From an uncultured Actinomycetota bacterium (lineage in GTDB: Bacteria > Actinomycetota > Actinomycetes > CAVWCF01): 64,000 bases of DNA. The notes below the pieces were generated by a model, which ran no database searches, had not been told where the DNA came from, and saw nothing but the letters and a program-made list of their open reading frames with translations. The stretch spans positions 1,024,001 through 1,088,000 of the forward strand of contig CAVWCF010000001.1 of NCBI GenBank assembly GCA_963753435.1, read 5' to 3'. This document shows, piece by piece, positions 29,727-40,773 of the stretch. Position numbers and translations under genes: made by a program. Every line of letters starts with the position of its first letter. The first letter of the stretch is position 1.

Positions 29727-30174
29727 CCTGCTGGCCGAGCAGCCCTTGTTCGCCGATCTGCCCGCGGCAGATCTGGACTTCCTGGCCGGATGCGGACGCA
29801 ACGTGCACTTCGACGCCGGTCAGCATGTGCTGCACTCCGGCGCCGCAGCGGACTACTTCTACTTGCTGCGCAAGGGTGCGGTTCGGCTGGAGATCGACCA
29901 ACCCGGACGCGGATCCCTGGCGGCGGAGACGCTGCGACCCGGTGACATCGTCGGGATCTCCTGGCTCTTCCCGCCCTATCGCTACGCCTTTGACGGCCTC
30001 GCCGTGGAGCCGTGCGACCTGATCGCCCTGGATGCCAAGTGCATGCGAACCAAGTGCGACGAGGACCCGCGGCTCGGCTACCTGTTGATGAAGCGCTTCG
30101 CGGCGCTGCTGACCACGCGGCTGCACCATCTGCAGTTGCGCGCCCTGGACCTGTACGCCAATGACGTTCGCTGA
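29710..30174 (+). CDS. Stand-alone cyclic-nucleotide-binding domain protein (no HTH)
   Basis: PLFADL, FYLLRKGAVRL and PGDIVGISWLFPPY pattern; overlaps both neighbours. Confidence 0.85.
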   Translation: MRTIRDLLAEQPLFADLPAADLDFLAGCGRNVHFDAGQHVLHSGAAADYFYLLRKGAVRLEIDQPGRGSLAAETLRPGDIVGISWLFPPYRYAFDGLAVEPCDLIALDAKCMRTKCDEDPRLGYLLMKRFAALLTTRLHHLQLRALDLYANDVR

Positions 30175-31003
30175 CACGGTGTCCGCCACCCCCGCCGCCG
30201 ACGCGCTTGGCGTGGCGCCGGCTCGGTACCGGGTCGCGTGGCGACGGCCGGACACCGCCGACACGGTGACGCTGGCGTTGGACCCCGTGGACGAACCGAT
30301 CGCACCCGGGCAGCCCGGCCAGTTCCACATGGTCTACGCGTTCGGTGTCGGCGAGGTTCCGTTGTCCATCAGCGGCACCGCGGACGCGTCCGGTCGGGTG
30401 GAGCACACCGTTCGCATCGTCGGAGCGGTCACTGCGGCGATCGCCGCCGCCGAGCCGGGAACCATGCTCGGCGTGCGTGGTCCGTTGGGCGTCGGGTTCG
30501 ACCCGGCACCAGGACCGCTGATCATCTTGGCCGGCGGGCTGGGGCTGGCCCCGCTACGACCCGTCATCCGCGCCGCGGCCGCACGAGCCGAGCCGGCCCG
30601 TCTGCTCATCGGCGCGCGCACGCCCGACCAACTGCTCTATACCGACGAGTACGAACAGTGGCGCTCGGCCGGCCTCGACGTACGGGTAACCGTGGATGCC
30701 GCCCCCGTCGGCTGGGACGGCAACGTGGGTGTGATCACCACGCTGCTGCCGGGCCTGAACCTGGACTTCGCCACCGCAGCGGCCGTCCTCTGCGGGCCGG
30801 AGCCGATGATGCGCTTCGCTGGCCGCGACCTCGTGGACCGCGGCACGCGGCCAGATCGAATCCAGGTCAGCCTGGAACGAAACATGCACTGCGGGGTGGG
30901 CACCTGCGGTCGCTGCCAGCTGGGGCCGTGGCTGTTGTGCACGCACGGCCCAGTTCTCAGTTACCACCAGGTTGATGACCTCTGGTCGGTTCGGGAGCGG
31001 TGA
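30161..31003 (+). CDS. hyhG: Hydrogenase gamma subunit, FAD/NAD(P)-binding with 2Fe-2S
   Basis: [31 protein letters not shown] and [11 protein letters not shown] motifs. Confidence 0.9.
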   Translation: MTFADTVSATPAADALGVAPARYRVAWRRPDTADTVTLALDPVDEPIAPGQPGQFHMVYAFGVGEVPLSISGTADASGRVEHTVRIVGAVTAAIAAAEPGTMLGVRGPLGVGFDPAPGPLIILAGGLGLAPLRPVIRAAAARAEPARLLIGARTPDQLLYTDEYEQWRSAGLDVRVTVDAAPVGWDGNVGVITTLLPGLNLDFATAAAVLCGPEPMMRFAGRDLVDRGTRPDRIQVSLERNMHCGVGTCGRCQLGPWLLCTHGPVLSYHQVDDLWSVRER

Positions 31004-31782
31004 TGAGCGCGAAACCCACCCTGGCCGTCTGGAAGTTCGCCAGTTGCGACGGTTGCCAACTCTCCGTGCTCGACTGCGAACGCGACCTGATCGCCCTGTC
31101 CGAGCAAGTCGAGATCGCGCACTTCCTGGAGGCCTCCAGCGCCATCAGCGACGGACCGTACGACGTGTCCCTGGTGGAGGGCTCGATCACAACTGCCGCG
31201 GACGCCGAACGCATCCAGCGCGTGCGGGAGCAGTCCCGAACGCTCATCACGATCGGGGCATGCGCCACGGCTGGCGGGATTCAGGCACTGCGGAACTTCG
31301 GCGACACCGACGCCTGGGCCGCGCAGGTCTATCCGAGCCCGGAGTACCTCGACGTTCTGGGCACATCGACACCTATCGCCGAACACGTCCGCGTGGACTT
31401 CGAGTTGCGTGGCTGCCCGATCGACAAGGACCAGTTGCTGGAAGTGGTTGGCGCCCTGCTCGCAGGCCGCCGCCCCCGGACGCCGTCTTGGAGCGTGTGC
31501 ACCGAGTGCAAGCGGGCGGGTCAGGTATGCGTGACCGTTGCGCACGGCACGCCCTGCCTGGGACCGGTCACCCACGGCGGGTGCGGGGCGCTGTGCCCTG
31601 GCTACGACCGCGGCTGCTTCGGCTGCTTCGGTCCCAAGGAGCGCGCGAACACATCGTCGATGGCGGCGGTGCTGACCGCGGCCGAGGTGTCCGGCCCGAC
31701 GCGGTTGCGGCTCTTCCGCACGTTCAACGCCGGCGCTCCCGCGTTCGCGGAAGCCGCCGAGCGCGAGAAGGGACAGCCATGA
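31000..31782 (+). CDS. hyhS: Hydrogenase small (delta) subunit
   Basis: [20 protein letters not shown] and CLGPVT..GC.A.CP...RGCFGCFG motifs. Confidence 0.92.
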   Translation: MMSAKPTLAVWKFASCDGCQLSVLDCERDLIALSEQVEIAHFLEASSAISDGPYDVSLVEGSITTAADAERIQRVREQSRTLITIGACATAGGIQALRNFGDTDAWAAQVYPSPEYLDVLGTSTPIAEHVRVDFELRGCPIDKDQLLEVVGALLAGRRPRTPSWSVCTECKRAGQVCVTVAHGTPCLGPVTHGGCGALCPGYDRGCFGCFGPKERANTSSMAAVLTAAEVSGPTRLRLFRTFNAGAPAFAEAAEREKGQP

Positions 31783-33068
31783 CACATCGGGAGATCCGAG
31801 TGGAGGCGTTACCTCGCGTCGAAGGCGAGGGCGCGATGCATGTCGACATCGCCGACGGCGTGCTGCAGAACGTGCAGCTGTCCATCTACGAACCACCGCG
31901 GTTCTTCGAGGCGCTCCTGGTTGGCCGGGAGTTCACCGAACCACCCGACATCACCGCGCGTATCTGCGGCATCTGCCCGGTCGCCTATCAGATGAGCGCT
32001 TGCCAGGCCATCGAGCAGGCCTGCGGGGTCAGCGTGGACGGGCAGCTGCGCGCACTGCGGCGGCTGCTCTATTGCGGCGAATGGGTGGAGAGCCACACCT
32101 TGCACATCTACCTGTTGCACGCTCCGGACTTCTTGGGCTTCCCGGACGCGCTACGGATGGGTGCGCAGCATCGAGGGGCGCTGGAGCGCGGGCTGGAACT
32201 CAAGCGAATCGGCAACCGCATCGTCGAGGTGGTGGGCGGCCGCGCCGTGCACCCGATCAACGTGGCCGTGGGTGGCTTCTTCCGACTCCCGACGGCTACG
32301 GAGTTGGCCGACCTGCGCGGGGAGTTGCTGACCGCTCGGGACCTGGCCGTCGAGACCGTGCACTGGGTGTCCGGATTCGACTTCCCGGACCTGGACGTGG
32401 ACCTGGAGATGGTCGCGCTCAGCCACGACGACGAGTACGCCATCGACTCCGGTCACGTGGCCAGCACTACCGGCCGACGGCTGGACGTGGCCGCCTTCGG
32501 GGATCTCACGGAGGAGTTCCAGGTTCCCTACTCCACCGCCAAGCACGCACGCCTGGCCGGATCAACCCCGTACCTGGTCGGCCCTATGGCGCGCTGGACC
32601 CTGAACTCCGAGCAGATCACCGGGTTGACCGCTGAGGTCGCCCGCGATGTCAAGCAGGACCTCCGGTGCCGCAACCCGTTCCGCAGCATCGTCGTGCGCG
32701 CACTTGAGGTGCTCTACGCCGTCGATGAGGCCATCCGGCTCATCGACGACTACACCGCGCCAGAACAACCGAGAATCCCCGTCATCGCTCGGGCCGGTAC
32801 CGGCCACGGTGCGACCGAAGCGCCGCGCGGCCTGCTGTATCACCGCTATTCGCTGGACCCGGACGGAATCATCACCGCCGCCGAGATCATCCCGCCGACC
32901 TCGCAGAACCAACCCGCCATCGAGCACGACCTATGGAACGTGGTCGAGGGCAATCTGCAACTGCCCGACGACGAACTGCAGCAGATAGCCGAAACGACAA
33001 TTCGCAACTACGACCCGTGCATCTCGTGCGCGACGCACTTCCTCGACCTGACGGTGACGCGCAGGTGA
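31779..33068 (+). CDS. hyhL: [NiFe]-hydrogenase large (alpha) subunit, group 3b
   Basis: RVEGEG, L1 [15 protein letters not shown] and L2 [12 protein letters not shown] motifs plus short cleavable tail. Confidence 0.95.
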   Translation: MTHREIRVEALPRVEGEGAMHVDIADGVLQNVQLSIYEPPRFFEALLVGREFTEPPDITARICGICPVAYQMSACQAIEQACGVSVDGQLRALRRLLYCGEWVESHTLHIYLLHAPDFLGFPDALRMGAQHRGALERGLELKRIGNRIVEVVGGRAVHPINVAVGGFFRLPTATELADLRGELLTARDLAVETVHWVSGFDFPDLDVDLEMVALSHDDEYAIDSGHVASTTGRRLDVAAFGDLTEEFQVPYSTAKHARLAGSTPYLVGPMARWTLNSEQITGLTAEVARDVKQDLRCRNPFRSIVVRALEVLYAVDEAIRLIDDYTAPEQPRIPVIARAGTGHGATEAPRGLLYHRYSLDPDGIITAAEIIPPTSQNQPAIEHDLWNVVEGNLQLPDDELQQIAETTIRNYDPCISCATHFLDLTVTRR

Positions 33069-33514
33069 AGTTGCTGTTGGGCATCGGCAATCCCGACCGC
33101 AGCGATGACGGCGTCGGCCCGCATGTCGTCAGGGCCGCCACCGACCTGCCTGCCGACGTAACCACGTTGGTCCTGGACGGGGAGCCCGCGCGCATCGTCG
33201 AGGCTTGGCGCGGCGCCGAGATCGCCGTCGTCGTGGACGCCGTCCGGACCGGGGCAGCGCCCGGCACCTTGCACCGGGTCACGTCGCAGCAACTGGCCGA
33301 TGACCTCCCGCCGGCAGTGTCCAGCCACGGAGCCGGTCTGCGCGAAGCGGTCGCACTGGGTGAACTGCTGCAGCGACTGCCACAACGGCTGCTCATCATC
33401 GGCGTCGAGGCCGCCGACGTCTCCCACGGATCCGCATTGACCCAAGCGGTCGCCGCTGCGGTCCCCCGCGCCGTCGAGATGGCCCGCGACGAGCTCCGCG
33501 GGGAGTCCGGATGA
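33065..33514 (+). CDS. Hydrogenase maturation endopeptidase
   Basis: GIGNPDRSDDGVG, VVDA and SSH motifs. Confidence 0.92.
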   Translation: MKLLLGIGNPDRSDDGVGPHVVRAATDLPADVTTLVLDGEPARIVEAWRGAEIAVVVDAVRTGAAPGTLHRVTSQQLADDLPPAVSSHGAGLREAVALGELLQRLPQRLLIIGVEAADVSHGSALTQAVAAAVPRAVEMARDELRGESG

Positions 33515-35853
33515 GGACCGCCACGACACCGGTCACCCGGGTCGCGATCCGGATCACCGGCCTGACTCAAGGCGTGGGCTTTCGGCCATTCGTGCACCGA
33601 TTGGCCCGCGCCTGCGGCGTCGCCGGTCACGTCGGCAACGACGGGTTGGGCGTCTTCTGCGAGGCCGAGGGTCCATCAGCAGCGGTGGCGGAATTCGTTG
33701 ACCTGCTGCGCCGGGATGCACCGCCGGCGGCCATCGTCCAGGACCTGCAAGCAGACGAGATCCCGGTGATCGGCGAGACCGGGTTTCGCATCGTGCCCAG
33801 CGACAGCGCAACGCCGATAGCCACTACTGCCCCACCGGACCGCGCGATCTGCGCCGAATGCGCCGGCGAGATGTTGGACGCTTCCGACCGTCGGCATGGG
33901 CACCCCCTCATCGCCTGCACCAACTGCGGCCCGCGTTACTCCATGGTCACCGGGGTTCCCTACGACCGGCACCACACGACCATGACCACCTTTGCGCTGT
34001 GCCCGACCTGTCAGGCCGAGTACGACGACCCGGACGATCGCCGATTCCACGCCCAGCCCACCGCCTGCCCCGAATGCGGACCACGACTGCACTTCGCCGC
34101 CGGAGCCGGATCGGAGCCGATCCACGGCGACGCCGACGCCATCGCTGCGGCACGCCGGGTGCTGGCCGAAGGCGGGATCCTCGCCATCAAGGGGGTCGGC
34201 GGCTACCACCTGGCGTGCGACGCCGGTGACCCCGATGCGGTCGAGCGGCTGCGCCGCCGCAAGCAACGTGGGCCCAAGCCGTTCGCGGTCATGGTGCGCG
34301 ATCTCGAGGTGGCGCAACGTCTGGGCGAACTGTCCGAATCCGCCCGGACCGCATTGGTCGCACCGGCGGCCCCCATCGTGCTGGTTGCGCCAACCCGCGC
34401 GGGGATGCAGGTGGCGCAATCGGTGGCGCCCGGTGCCCGCGCCGCCGCCAAGGGCACGATCGGCCTGCTGCTGCCCTACACGGGCGTCCAGATCCTGCTC
34501 CTGCAGCCTGGCCCGCCCGGCTCGCCCGCGGTGCCCGAGGCACTGGTCATGACGTCGGGCAACCGAACTGATGAGCCGCTGTGCACTGCAGCCGACGAAG
34601 CCGAGGCACGACTGGCCGACATCGCCGACGCCTTCCTGCACCACGACCGCCGCATCGTCGTCGGGTGCGACGACTCGGTGGTGCGTGTCGAAGCCGACGC
34701 GTCGATACCCATCCGCCGTAGCCGCGGGATCGCCCCGCTGCCGGTTCGGTTGCCAATGGACACCGAACCGCTCCTGGCCGTCGGTGGCGAACTGAAAGCG
34801 ACCGTCTGCTTGGCCGCCGACCGGCGGGCCGTCCTCAGCCAGCACCTTGGCGACGTCGGCTCCTGGGAGACGGTGCAGAACCTGCAACGCACCGTCGAGC
34901 ACCTGCAGCGGATCACCGGGATTCAGCCACAAAGCGTCGCCGCGGACCTGCACCCCGGGTACCAGTCCAGACGCTGGGCCGAGGACTTCGCCGGCGAGCA
35001 CGGGCTGGCGGTTCATCTGGTGCAGCACCACCACGCGCACCTGGCGTCGCTGTTGGCCGAGCACGCGTGGGCCGGCGGCCCGGTGCTCGGCGTCGTCTTC
35101 GACGGCACCGGTTACGGCGACGACGAGACCATCTGGGGTGGGGAGTTCCTCCTCGGCGGGTTCGCCGAGGTCCGGCGGGTTGGGCACTTGCGCCCGATCC
35201 CCTTGCCTGGCGGGGATGCCGCCATCCGGCGCCCGGCGCGCACGGCGCTGGCGCACTTGAACGCCGCCGGGTTGTCGTGGGCGCAGGCGCTGCCGCCGGT
35301 GGCGGCCGCCGATCCCCAGGAGCGGCAGGTGCTTGCGCAAATGCTCGCCTCCGGGGCCGGCTGCACACCGACCACCAGCGTGGGACGGCTGTTTGATGCG
35401 GTGTCATCGCTGCTGGGCGTCTGCCACGACTCCAGGTACGAAGGACAAGCCGCCATGGCACTGGAGGCGCTGGCCGCGGGTACCGCTGAATCGACGGAGT
35501 TAGCGATCGACGTGGCCGATGGCGACCCGGTGCTGCTTGACCCCAGTGGCCTGATGGCCGCAGCCGTGGCCGCCCTGCTTGGTGGCCGGCCCGCCGCGAC
35601 CATCGCCGCCGGGTTCCACAAAGCGCTTGCGGATTCGGTGCTGCAAGCAGCCGTCCTGATGCGCCACCGCGAAGGGGTCGAAACGGTGGGGCTGACCGGC
35701 GGCGTGTTCCAGAACGCGCTGTTGCTCCGCCTGTGTTCGCAGCGACTCGCCGCCGCCGGCTTCGTCGTCCTCACGCACCGCGAGGTGCCGGCCAACGACG
35801 GCGGGCTGGCGCTGGGGCAGGCTGCGGTCGTGGCAGCTGGCGGAGGGACCTGA
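33511..35853 (+). CDS. hypF: Carbamoyltransferase HypF
   Basis: QGVGFRP acylphosphatase domain, zinc fingers, [20 protein letters not shown] and NDGGLALGQ motifs. Confidence 0.97.
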   Translation: MRTATTPVTRVAIRITGLTQGVGFRPFVHRLARACGVAGHVGNDGLGVFCEAEGPSAAVAEFVDLLRRDAPPAAIVQDLQADEIPVIGETGFRIVPSDSATPIATTAPPDRAICAECAGEMLDASDRRHGHPLIACTNCGPRYSMVTGVPYDRHHTTMTTFALCPTCQAEYDDPDDRRFHAQPTACPECGPRLHFAAGAGSEPIHGDADAIAAARRVLAEGGILAIKGVGGYHLACDAGDPDAVERLRRRKQRGPKPFAVMVRDLEVAQRLGELSESARTALVAPAAPIVLVAPTRAGMQVAQSVAPGARAAAKGTIGLLLPYTGVQILLLQPGPPGSPAVPEALVMTSGNRTDEPLCTAADEAEARLADIADAFLHHDRRIVVGCDDSVVRVEADASIPIRRSRGIAPLPVRLPMDTEPLLAVGGELKATVCLAADRRAVLSQHLGDVGSWETVQNLQRTVEHLQRITGIQPQSVAADLHPGYQSRRWAEDFAGEHGLAVHLVQHHHAHLASLLAEHAWAGGPVLGVVFDGTGYGDDETIWGGEFLLGGFAEVRRVGHLRPIPLPGGDAAIRRPARTALAHLNAAGLSWAQALPPVAAADPQERQVLAQMLASGAGCTPTTSVGRLFDAVSSLLGVCHDSRYEGQAAMALEALAAGTAESTELAIDVADGDPVLLDPSGLMAAAVAALLGGRPAATIAAGFHKALADSVLQAAVLMRHREGVETVGLTGGVFQNALLLRLCSQRLAAAGFVVLTHREVPANDGGLALGQAAVVAAGGGT

Positions 35854-35855
35854 TC

Positions 35856-36104
35856 ATGTGTCTGGGCATTCCCGGTCGCGTCGAGTCGGTGTTCGAGACC
35901 GACGGCACCCGCATGGGTCGGGTCGATTTCGGCGGCGTGCGCAAAGAGGTGTGCCTGGCGTACGTGCCCGAGGTGCAAGTCGGGGACTGGACCATCGTGC
36001 ACGTCGGGTTCGCTATCACCCGCCTGGACGAGGAGTCCGCGCAGCAGACCTTGCAGCTGTTGGCCCAGACCGGACAGCTGACCGAGGAGTTGGGGCCGGA
36101 GTGA
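35856..36104 (+). CDS. hypC: Hydrogenase chaperone HypC
   Basis: MCLGIPG N-terminus and VHVGFA motif. Confidence 0.96.
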   Translation: MCLGIPGRVESVFETDGTRMGRVDFGGVRKEVCLAYVPEVQVGDWTIVHVGFAITRLDEESAQQTLQLLAQTGQLTEELGPE

Positions 36105-37204
36105 AGTACCTGGACGAGTTCGCCGACCCCGAGCTGGCGCGGCGGCTGCTCGACGACATCGCCGGCTTCGTCACCGGGCCGTGGGCGCTGATGGAGGTCT
36201 GCGGCGGGCAGACACACACGGTCATCCGGCACGGCTTGGACCAGTTGCTCCCGGACTCGGTCGAGTTGATCCACGGTCCCGGCTGCCCGGTGTGCGTCAC
36301 CCCGCTGACCACAATCGAGCGCGCGCTGGCCATCGCCGCCAAGGAAGATGTGGTGTTCTGCTCCTTCGGCGACATGCTCCGGGTTCCGGGGACCGACGAG
36401 GACCTCTTCGGCATCAAGAGCCGCGGGGCCGACGTCCGGATCGTCTACTCGCCTTTGGATGCGGTGCGTATTGCTCAGGCCGAGCCGGACAAACAAGTCG
36501 TCTTCTTCGGCATCGGATTCGAAACCACGGCCCCGGCGAATGCGATGGCGGTGGTCCTGGCCGACCGGCTGGGCCTGAGGAACTTCTCGATGCTGGCCAG
36601 CCACGTCCTCGTGCCGCCGGCCATCAGGGCGATCATGGAGTCCGAACAGTGCCGCGTGCAGGGGTTCCTGGCGGCCGGCCATGTCTGCACCGTGATGGGC
36701 ACGTCGCAGTACGAGCCGTTGGCGCGCCAATACGGCGTACCGATCGTCGTCACCGGTTTCGAACCACTCGATCTGCTGGACGGCATTCGGCGCGCACTGC
36801 GGCAGCTCGAAGCCGGCGAGGCCAAGGTGGAAAACGCCTATCCGCGCGCGGTCAGCGACACCGGCAACCTGGAAGCACAGCGCGTGGTCAACGACGTCTT
36901 CACGGTCACGGACCGGCATTGGCGCGGTATCGGGCTGATCCCGGACTCCGGGTGGCGGTTGGCCGATCGGTGGCAGCAGTACGACGCCGAACACCGGTTC
37001 GCAGTGACCGACGTGACCGCGGAATCCCCGGTCGCCTGTCGCGCCGGCGAGGTGCTGCAAGGGCTGATCAAGCCGACCGAGTGCGCCGCATTCGGCACGG
37101 ACTGCACCCCGGTCCGGCCGCTGGGCGCCCCAATGGTCTCCAGCGAAGGCGCTTGTGCCGCCTACTACCAGTTCCGGCGCCTACAGCCCACGGCTGCACC
37201 GTGA
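36101..37204 (+). CDS. hypD: Hydrogenase formation protein HypD
   Basis: [21 protein letters not shown] and [12 protein letters not shown] motifs. Confidence 0.97.
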   Translation: MKYLDEFADPELARRLLDDIAGFVTGPWALMEVCGGQTHTVIRHGLDQLLPDSVELIHGPGCPVCVTPLTTIERALAIAAKEDVVFCSFGDMLRVPGTDEDLFGIKSRGADVRIVYSPLDAVRIAQAEPDKQVVFFGIGFETTAPANAMAVVLADRLGLRNFSMLASHVLVPPAIRAIMESEQCRVQGFLAAGHVCTVMGTSQYEPLARQYGVPIVVTGFEPLDLLDGIRRALRQLEAGEAKVENAYPRAVSDTGNLEAQRVVNDVFTVTDRHWRGIGLIPDSGWRLADRWQQYDAEHRFAVTDVTAESPVACRAGEVLQGLIKPTECAAFGTDCTPVRPLGAPMVSSEGACAAYYQFRRLQPTAAP

Positions 37205-38298
37205 GCGCGGATCCAGCCGATTGGGTCTGCCCAACGCCCCTGCGGCATCACCCGAACATCGTCATGGGGCACGGCGGCGGCGGTCGGCTGTCCGCTGATC
37301 TCATCGAACACCTGATCGTGCCCGCGTTTACCGCCACCGGAGTCGGTGGCGTTGGTTCGGCGGCGACCCAGTCCGCCGACACGGAGTTGTTGCGACTCGC
37401 CGACGCCGCCACCCTGGACCCGATCGATGGACGCCTGGCCTTCACGACCGACTCCTACGTGGTGCGACCAAGGTTCTTTCCGGGCGGGTGCATCGGCGAC
37501 TTGGCGGTCAACGGCACGGTGAACGACCTGGCGATGGTCGGCGCTCGGCCGCTGTACCTGTCCGTCGGGTTCGTGCTTGAGGAGGGGCTGCCGCTGGCGG
37601 AGTTGGCTGCGGTTGTCGAAGCCCTGGCCGCAGCGGCTCGGGTAGCGGATGTGCGCGTTGTCACGGGCGACACGAAGGTTGTCGACGCTGGTCACGGAGA
37701 TGGCATCTACGTCAACACCGCCGGGGTCGGGGTCGTCCCCGATGGCGTATCCATCGGCCCGGACCGGGTGCTGCCCGGCGATGCGTTGATCCTCAGCGGC
37801 CCGATCGGCCGACACGGCATTGCGGTGATGAGCGTTCGGGAGGGCCTGGAGTTCGGAACTGAGATCCGCTCGGACACGGCGCCGGTCGCTGGCGCGGTTG
37901 CTGCGTTGCTGGCCGCCGGTGTCACCGTGCACGCGCTGCGCGACCCGACCCGCGGCGGCGTGGCGGCAACTCTCAACGAGTTGGCTGTCGCCTCCGCGGT
38001 CGGGTTCGAGTTCGACGAAAGCGCCGTGCCGGTTCCGGCGGAGGTGCGCGCTGCGTGCGGCTTCTTGGGCCTGGACCCGCTGGCCGTGGCCAACGAAGGC
38101 TGCTTCGTCGCGGCAGTTCCGGCTGATCAGTGCGATGCGGCCCTAGCCGTGCTCCGAGCCGTGGACGTGTCCGCAGCCGCGGTGCGCTTTGGCACCGCCG
38201 TCGCCGAGCACCCCGGGGTGGTGCTGGCGCGCACCGCCATCGGCGGTTCACGGGTGGTGGATCGGCCGCTGGCCGAGCCGCTGCCGCGCATCTGCTGA
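37201..38298 (+). CDS. hypE: Carbamoyl dehydratase HypE
   Basis: HGGGG, TTDSY, GDTKVV, RDPTRGG and C-terminal LPRIC motifs. Confidence 0.97.
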   Translation: MSADPADWVCPTPLRHHPNIVMGHGGGGRLSADLIEHLIVPAFTATGVGGVGSAATQSADTELLRLADAATLDPIDGRLAFTTDSYVVRPRFFPGGCIGDLAVNGTVNDLAMVGARPLYLSVGFVLEEGLPLAELAAVVEALAAAARVADVRVVTGDTKVVDAGHGDGIYVNTAGVGVVPDGVSIGPDRVLPGDALILSGPIGRHGIAVMSVREGLEFGTEIRSDTAPVAGAVAALLAAGVTVHALRDPTRGGVAATLNELAVASAVGFEFDESAVPVPAEVRAACGFLGLDPLAVANEGCFVAAVPADQCDAALAVLRAVDVSAAAVRFGTAVAEHPGVVLARTAIGGSRVVDRPLAEPLPRIC

Positions 38299-38302
38299 GC
38301 AG

Positions 38303-39037
38303 CTACCAGGGGATCGCTTCGCCGTTGTAGCGGACGAAGCGCCCGGAGTCGGCCGGGGTCGCAGCCTCGATGACTTCGGCGATGCCGTCGACCGATTCGT
38401 CCACTTCGACGGTGGCGCCGCCGATGCCCATCCGGGTCTTGACGTGGCCAGGACACAACGCGAAGACCACGACCCCGCGGGGGGCCAACTCCCTGGCGAT
38501 GATCGTGGTTGCCTTGTTCAGCGCTGCCTTGCTGGTCGTATAGGCGATCGCCGGCCGATCGCTGCCCCCGATCGAGCCGGCCGTGCTCGACATCATCACG
38601 ACGATGCGACGATCGCTGGCCGCGACGTTGTCCGCCAACGCTTCGGTTAGCCGTACCGGGCCCAGCGTGTTGGTCAGCAGGACATCCGTCCACAGGTCGT
38701 AGTCGATGCCGCCGAACCGCTGCCTGTGAATGTGCTCGGCCAACGGCTGCGGGCCCATCGTGCCCGCGTTGTTGATCAGGACGTCAATTGCCGTGTCGCC
38801 GACTCGTTCGGCGAACTCCGCCACGGATGCGGCATCAGCCACATCGAGTCGCTCCAGAGTCACTGCTGCCCCGCCGCTGCGCAGTTGTGCCAGCGAATCG
38901 GCACTACCCGGGTCGCGCGCTGTCGCGATCACCCGCCAACCGGCGCCCGCGTACTTGCGCGCGAGCCCAAGGCCGATCCCCCGATTCGCGCCGGTGATCA
39001 CCACCACCGGCGGCTCAGCGCCCAGGGCTACTCCCAC
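38303..39037 (-). CDS. SDR family oxidoreductase (CsgA/carbonyl-reductase-like)
   Basis: [19 protein letters not shown] (YxxxK) and PGHVKT motifs; start uncertain (GTG 39037 or 39007). Confidence 0.88.
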   Translation of the reverse strand: MGVALGAEPPVVVITGANRGIGLGLARKYAGAGWRVIATARDPGSADSLAQLRSGGAAVTLERLDVADAASVAEFAERVGDTAIDVLINNAGTMGPQPLAEHIHRQRFGGIDYDLWTDVLLTNTLGPVRLTEALADNVAASDRRIVVMMSSTAGSIGGSDRPAIAYTTSKAALNKATTIIARELAPRGVVVFALCPGHVKTRMGIGGATVEVDESVDGIAEVIEAATPADSGRFVRYNGEAIPW

Positions 39038-40596
39038 TCGATGGTGCCGGGCGGCTTGCTGGTTACGTCCAGCACGACCCGGTTCACTTCGCGAACCTCG
39101 TTGGTGATCCGCGTGGAGATGCGTGCCAGCAGGTCGTACGGCAGCCGCGACCAATCGGCGGTCATGGCGTCCTCGCTGGAGACGGGGCGCAGCACGATGG
39201 GGTGCCCGTAGGTGCGGCCATCGCCTTGTACGCCGACGCTGCGGACGTCCGCGAGCAGCACGACCGGGAACTGCCAGATCTCGCGGTCCAGACCGGCGGC
39301 GGTGACCTCTTCCCGGACGATGGCGTCGGCGGCGCGCAGAACGGCCAGCCGGTCGGCATCGACGGCGCCCACGATCCGGATGGCCAGACCCGGACCCGGG
39401 AAGGGGTGGCGCCAGACGATCTCCGGGGGCAGGCCCAACTCCAGTCCGACCGCGCGAACCTCGTCCTTGAACAGGGACCGCAGCGGCTCGACGAGCGCGA
39501 ACTCGAGGTCGTCGGGCAGACCGCCGACGTTGTGGTGGGACTTGATGTTGGCCGTTCCGGTGCCGCCACCGGACTCCACCACGTCGGGGTAGAGGGTTCC
39601 CTGCACGAGGAAGTCGACGCGCTCGCCGTGCGCGCCGGCATCGGCGACCACCTGACGCGCGGCGTCCTCGAACACCCGGATGAACTCCCGACCGATGATC
39701 TTTCGCTTCGTCTCGGGGTCGGCGACGTCGGCGAGCGCGTCCAGGAACCGCTGCCGGGCGTCGACGACCACCAGCGAGATACCGGTCGCGGCCACGTAGT
39801 CCTTCTCCACCTGCTCGGCTTCACCGGAGCGCAGCAGGCCGTGATCGACGAACACGCAGGTGAGTTGGTCCCCCACCGCCTTGTGCACGAGCGCCGCTGC
39901 GACCGCGGAATCCACGCCGCCGGAAAGCCCACAGATGACCCGGGCGTCCCCGATCTGATCGGCGATCCGACCGACCTGCTCGTCGATGACGCTTTCGGTG
40001 GTCCAGTCCGGCTTGATGCCGGCGATGTCGTAGAGGAAACGCTGCAACAGCTCCTGCCCGTGGGCGGTGTGCAGCACCTCTGGGTGGAACTGAACTCCCG
40101 CCAGGGACCGACCGAGATCCTCAAATGCGGCAACCGGCGCGCCCGCGGTGGTGGCCGTGACCGCGAACCCATCGGGCGCCCGGTGCACCGCGTCACCGTG
40201 GCTCATCCAGACGGTCTGTTCGGCCGGTGTTTCCGCAAAGAGCCGCGAATCGGTCCCGGTGACGGTCAACTGGGTGCCGCCGAACTCACTGAGCCCGGTC
40301 TGCACGACTTCGCCGCCCAGGGCTTGGGCCATCGCCTGGAAGCCGTAGCAGATGCCGAAGACCGGTACGCCGACTTCGAACAGCGCCGTGTCGATCCGGG
40401 GTGCGCCTTCGGCGTAGACGCTTGCCGGTCCCCCGGACAGGATCACCGCGGCCGGTCGCATCGCGGCGATCTCGTCGGCCGACAAGGTGCTGGGGACGAT
40501 CTCGGAGTAGACGTTCGCCTCGCGAACCCGGCGGGCGATCAACTGCGCGTACTGCGCCCCGAAGTCGACAACGAGGACCTTCTGGTGCGCGGCCAC
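39028..40596 (-). CDS. guaA: GMP synthase (glutamine-hydrolysing)
   Basis: DFGAQY, GICYG, SGGVDS, NIKSHHN and KPPGTIEWE motifs. Confidence 0.98.
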   Translation of the reverse strand: MAAHQKVLVVDFGAQYAQLIARRVREANVYSEIVPSTLSADEIAAMRPAAVILSGGPASVYAEGAPRIDTALFEVGVPVFGICYGFQAMAQALGGEVVQTGLSEFGGTQLTVTGTDSRLFAETPAEQTVWMSHGDAVHRAPDGFAVTATTAGAPVAAFEDLGRSLAGVQFHPEVLHTAHGQELLQRFLYDIAGIKPDWTTESVIDEQVGRIADQIGDARVICGLSGGVDSAVAAALVHKAVGDQLTCVFVDHGLLRSGEAEQVEKDYVAATGISLVVVDARQRFLDALADVADPETKRKIIGREFIRVFEDAARQVVADAGAHGERVDFLVQGTLYPDVVESGGGTGTANIKSHHNVGGLPDDLEFALVEPLRSLFKDEVRAVGLELGLPPEIVWRHPFPGPGLAIRIVGAVDADRLAVLRAADAIVREEVTAAGLDREIWQFPVVLLADVRSVGVQGDGRTYGHPIVLRPVSSEDAMTADWSRLPYDLLARISTRITNEVREVNRVVLDVTSKPPGTIEWE

Positions 40597-40724
40597 AGGG
40601 CGGACCCTAAGCGGTGGCGACCCTCGCCTGCGTGGGTGGGTGACGAGGGCGCCACCGACTGAAGTAACGCAGGTAGCCATGCGTCCCGCACCTTGACAGC
40701 AGCGGACTGAACCGGTTGTGACGC

Positions 40725-40773
40725 GATGCCTCAGAACCCGGGATGTCTCAGAACCCGGGATGTCTCAGAACCG
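40725..40773. repeat. 17-bp tandem repeat x3 including the choD stop codon
   Basis: GATG(C/T)CTCAGAACCCGG at 40725, 40742 and 40759 (third copy partial). Confidence 0.9.

Noticed and set aside
30972-38298. Apparent N-terminal fusions in the ORF track (hyhL 698 aa, hypE 705 aa; likewise folD 572 aa and the B12 subunit 377 aa elsewhere)
   Set aside because: The extensions are Arg-rich off-frame read-through of upstream genes; the true starts overlap upstream stops or follow -10 boxes
25242-39042. 12-bp direct repeat CTCCCACTCGAT at the guaA 3' end (39031-39042) and inside pcrA (25242-25253), suggesting attL/attR of a guaA island
   Set aside because: The second copy is simply the IEWE codons within an intact pcrA, there is no integrase, and the enclosed DNA includes core genes; probably coincidence
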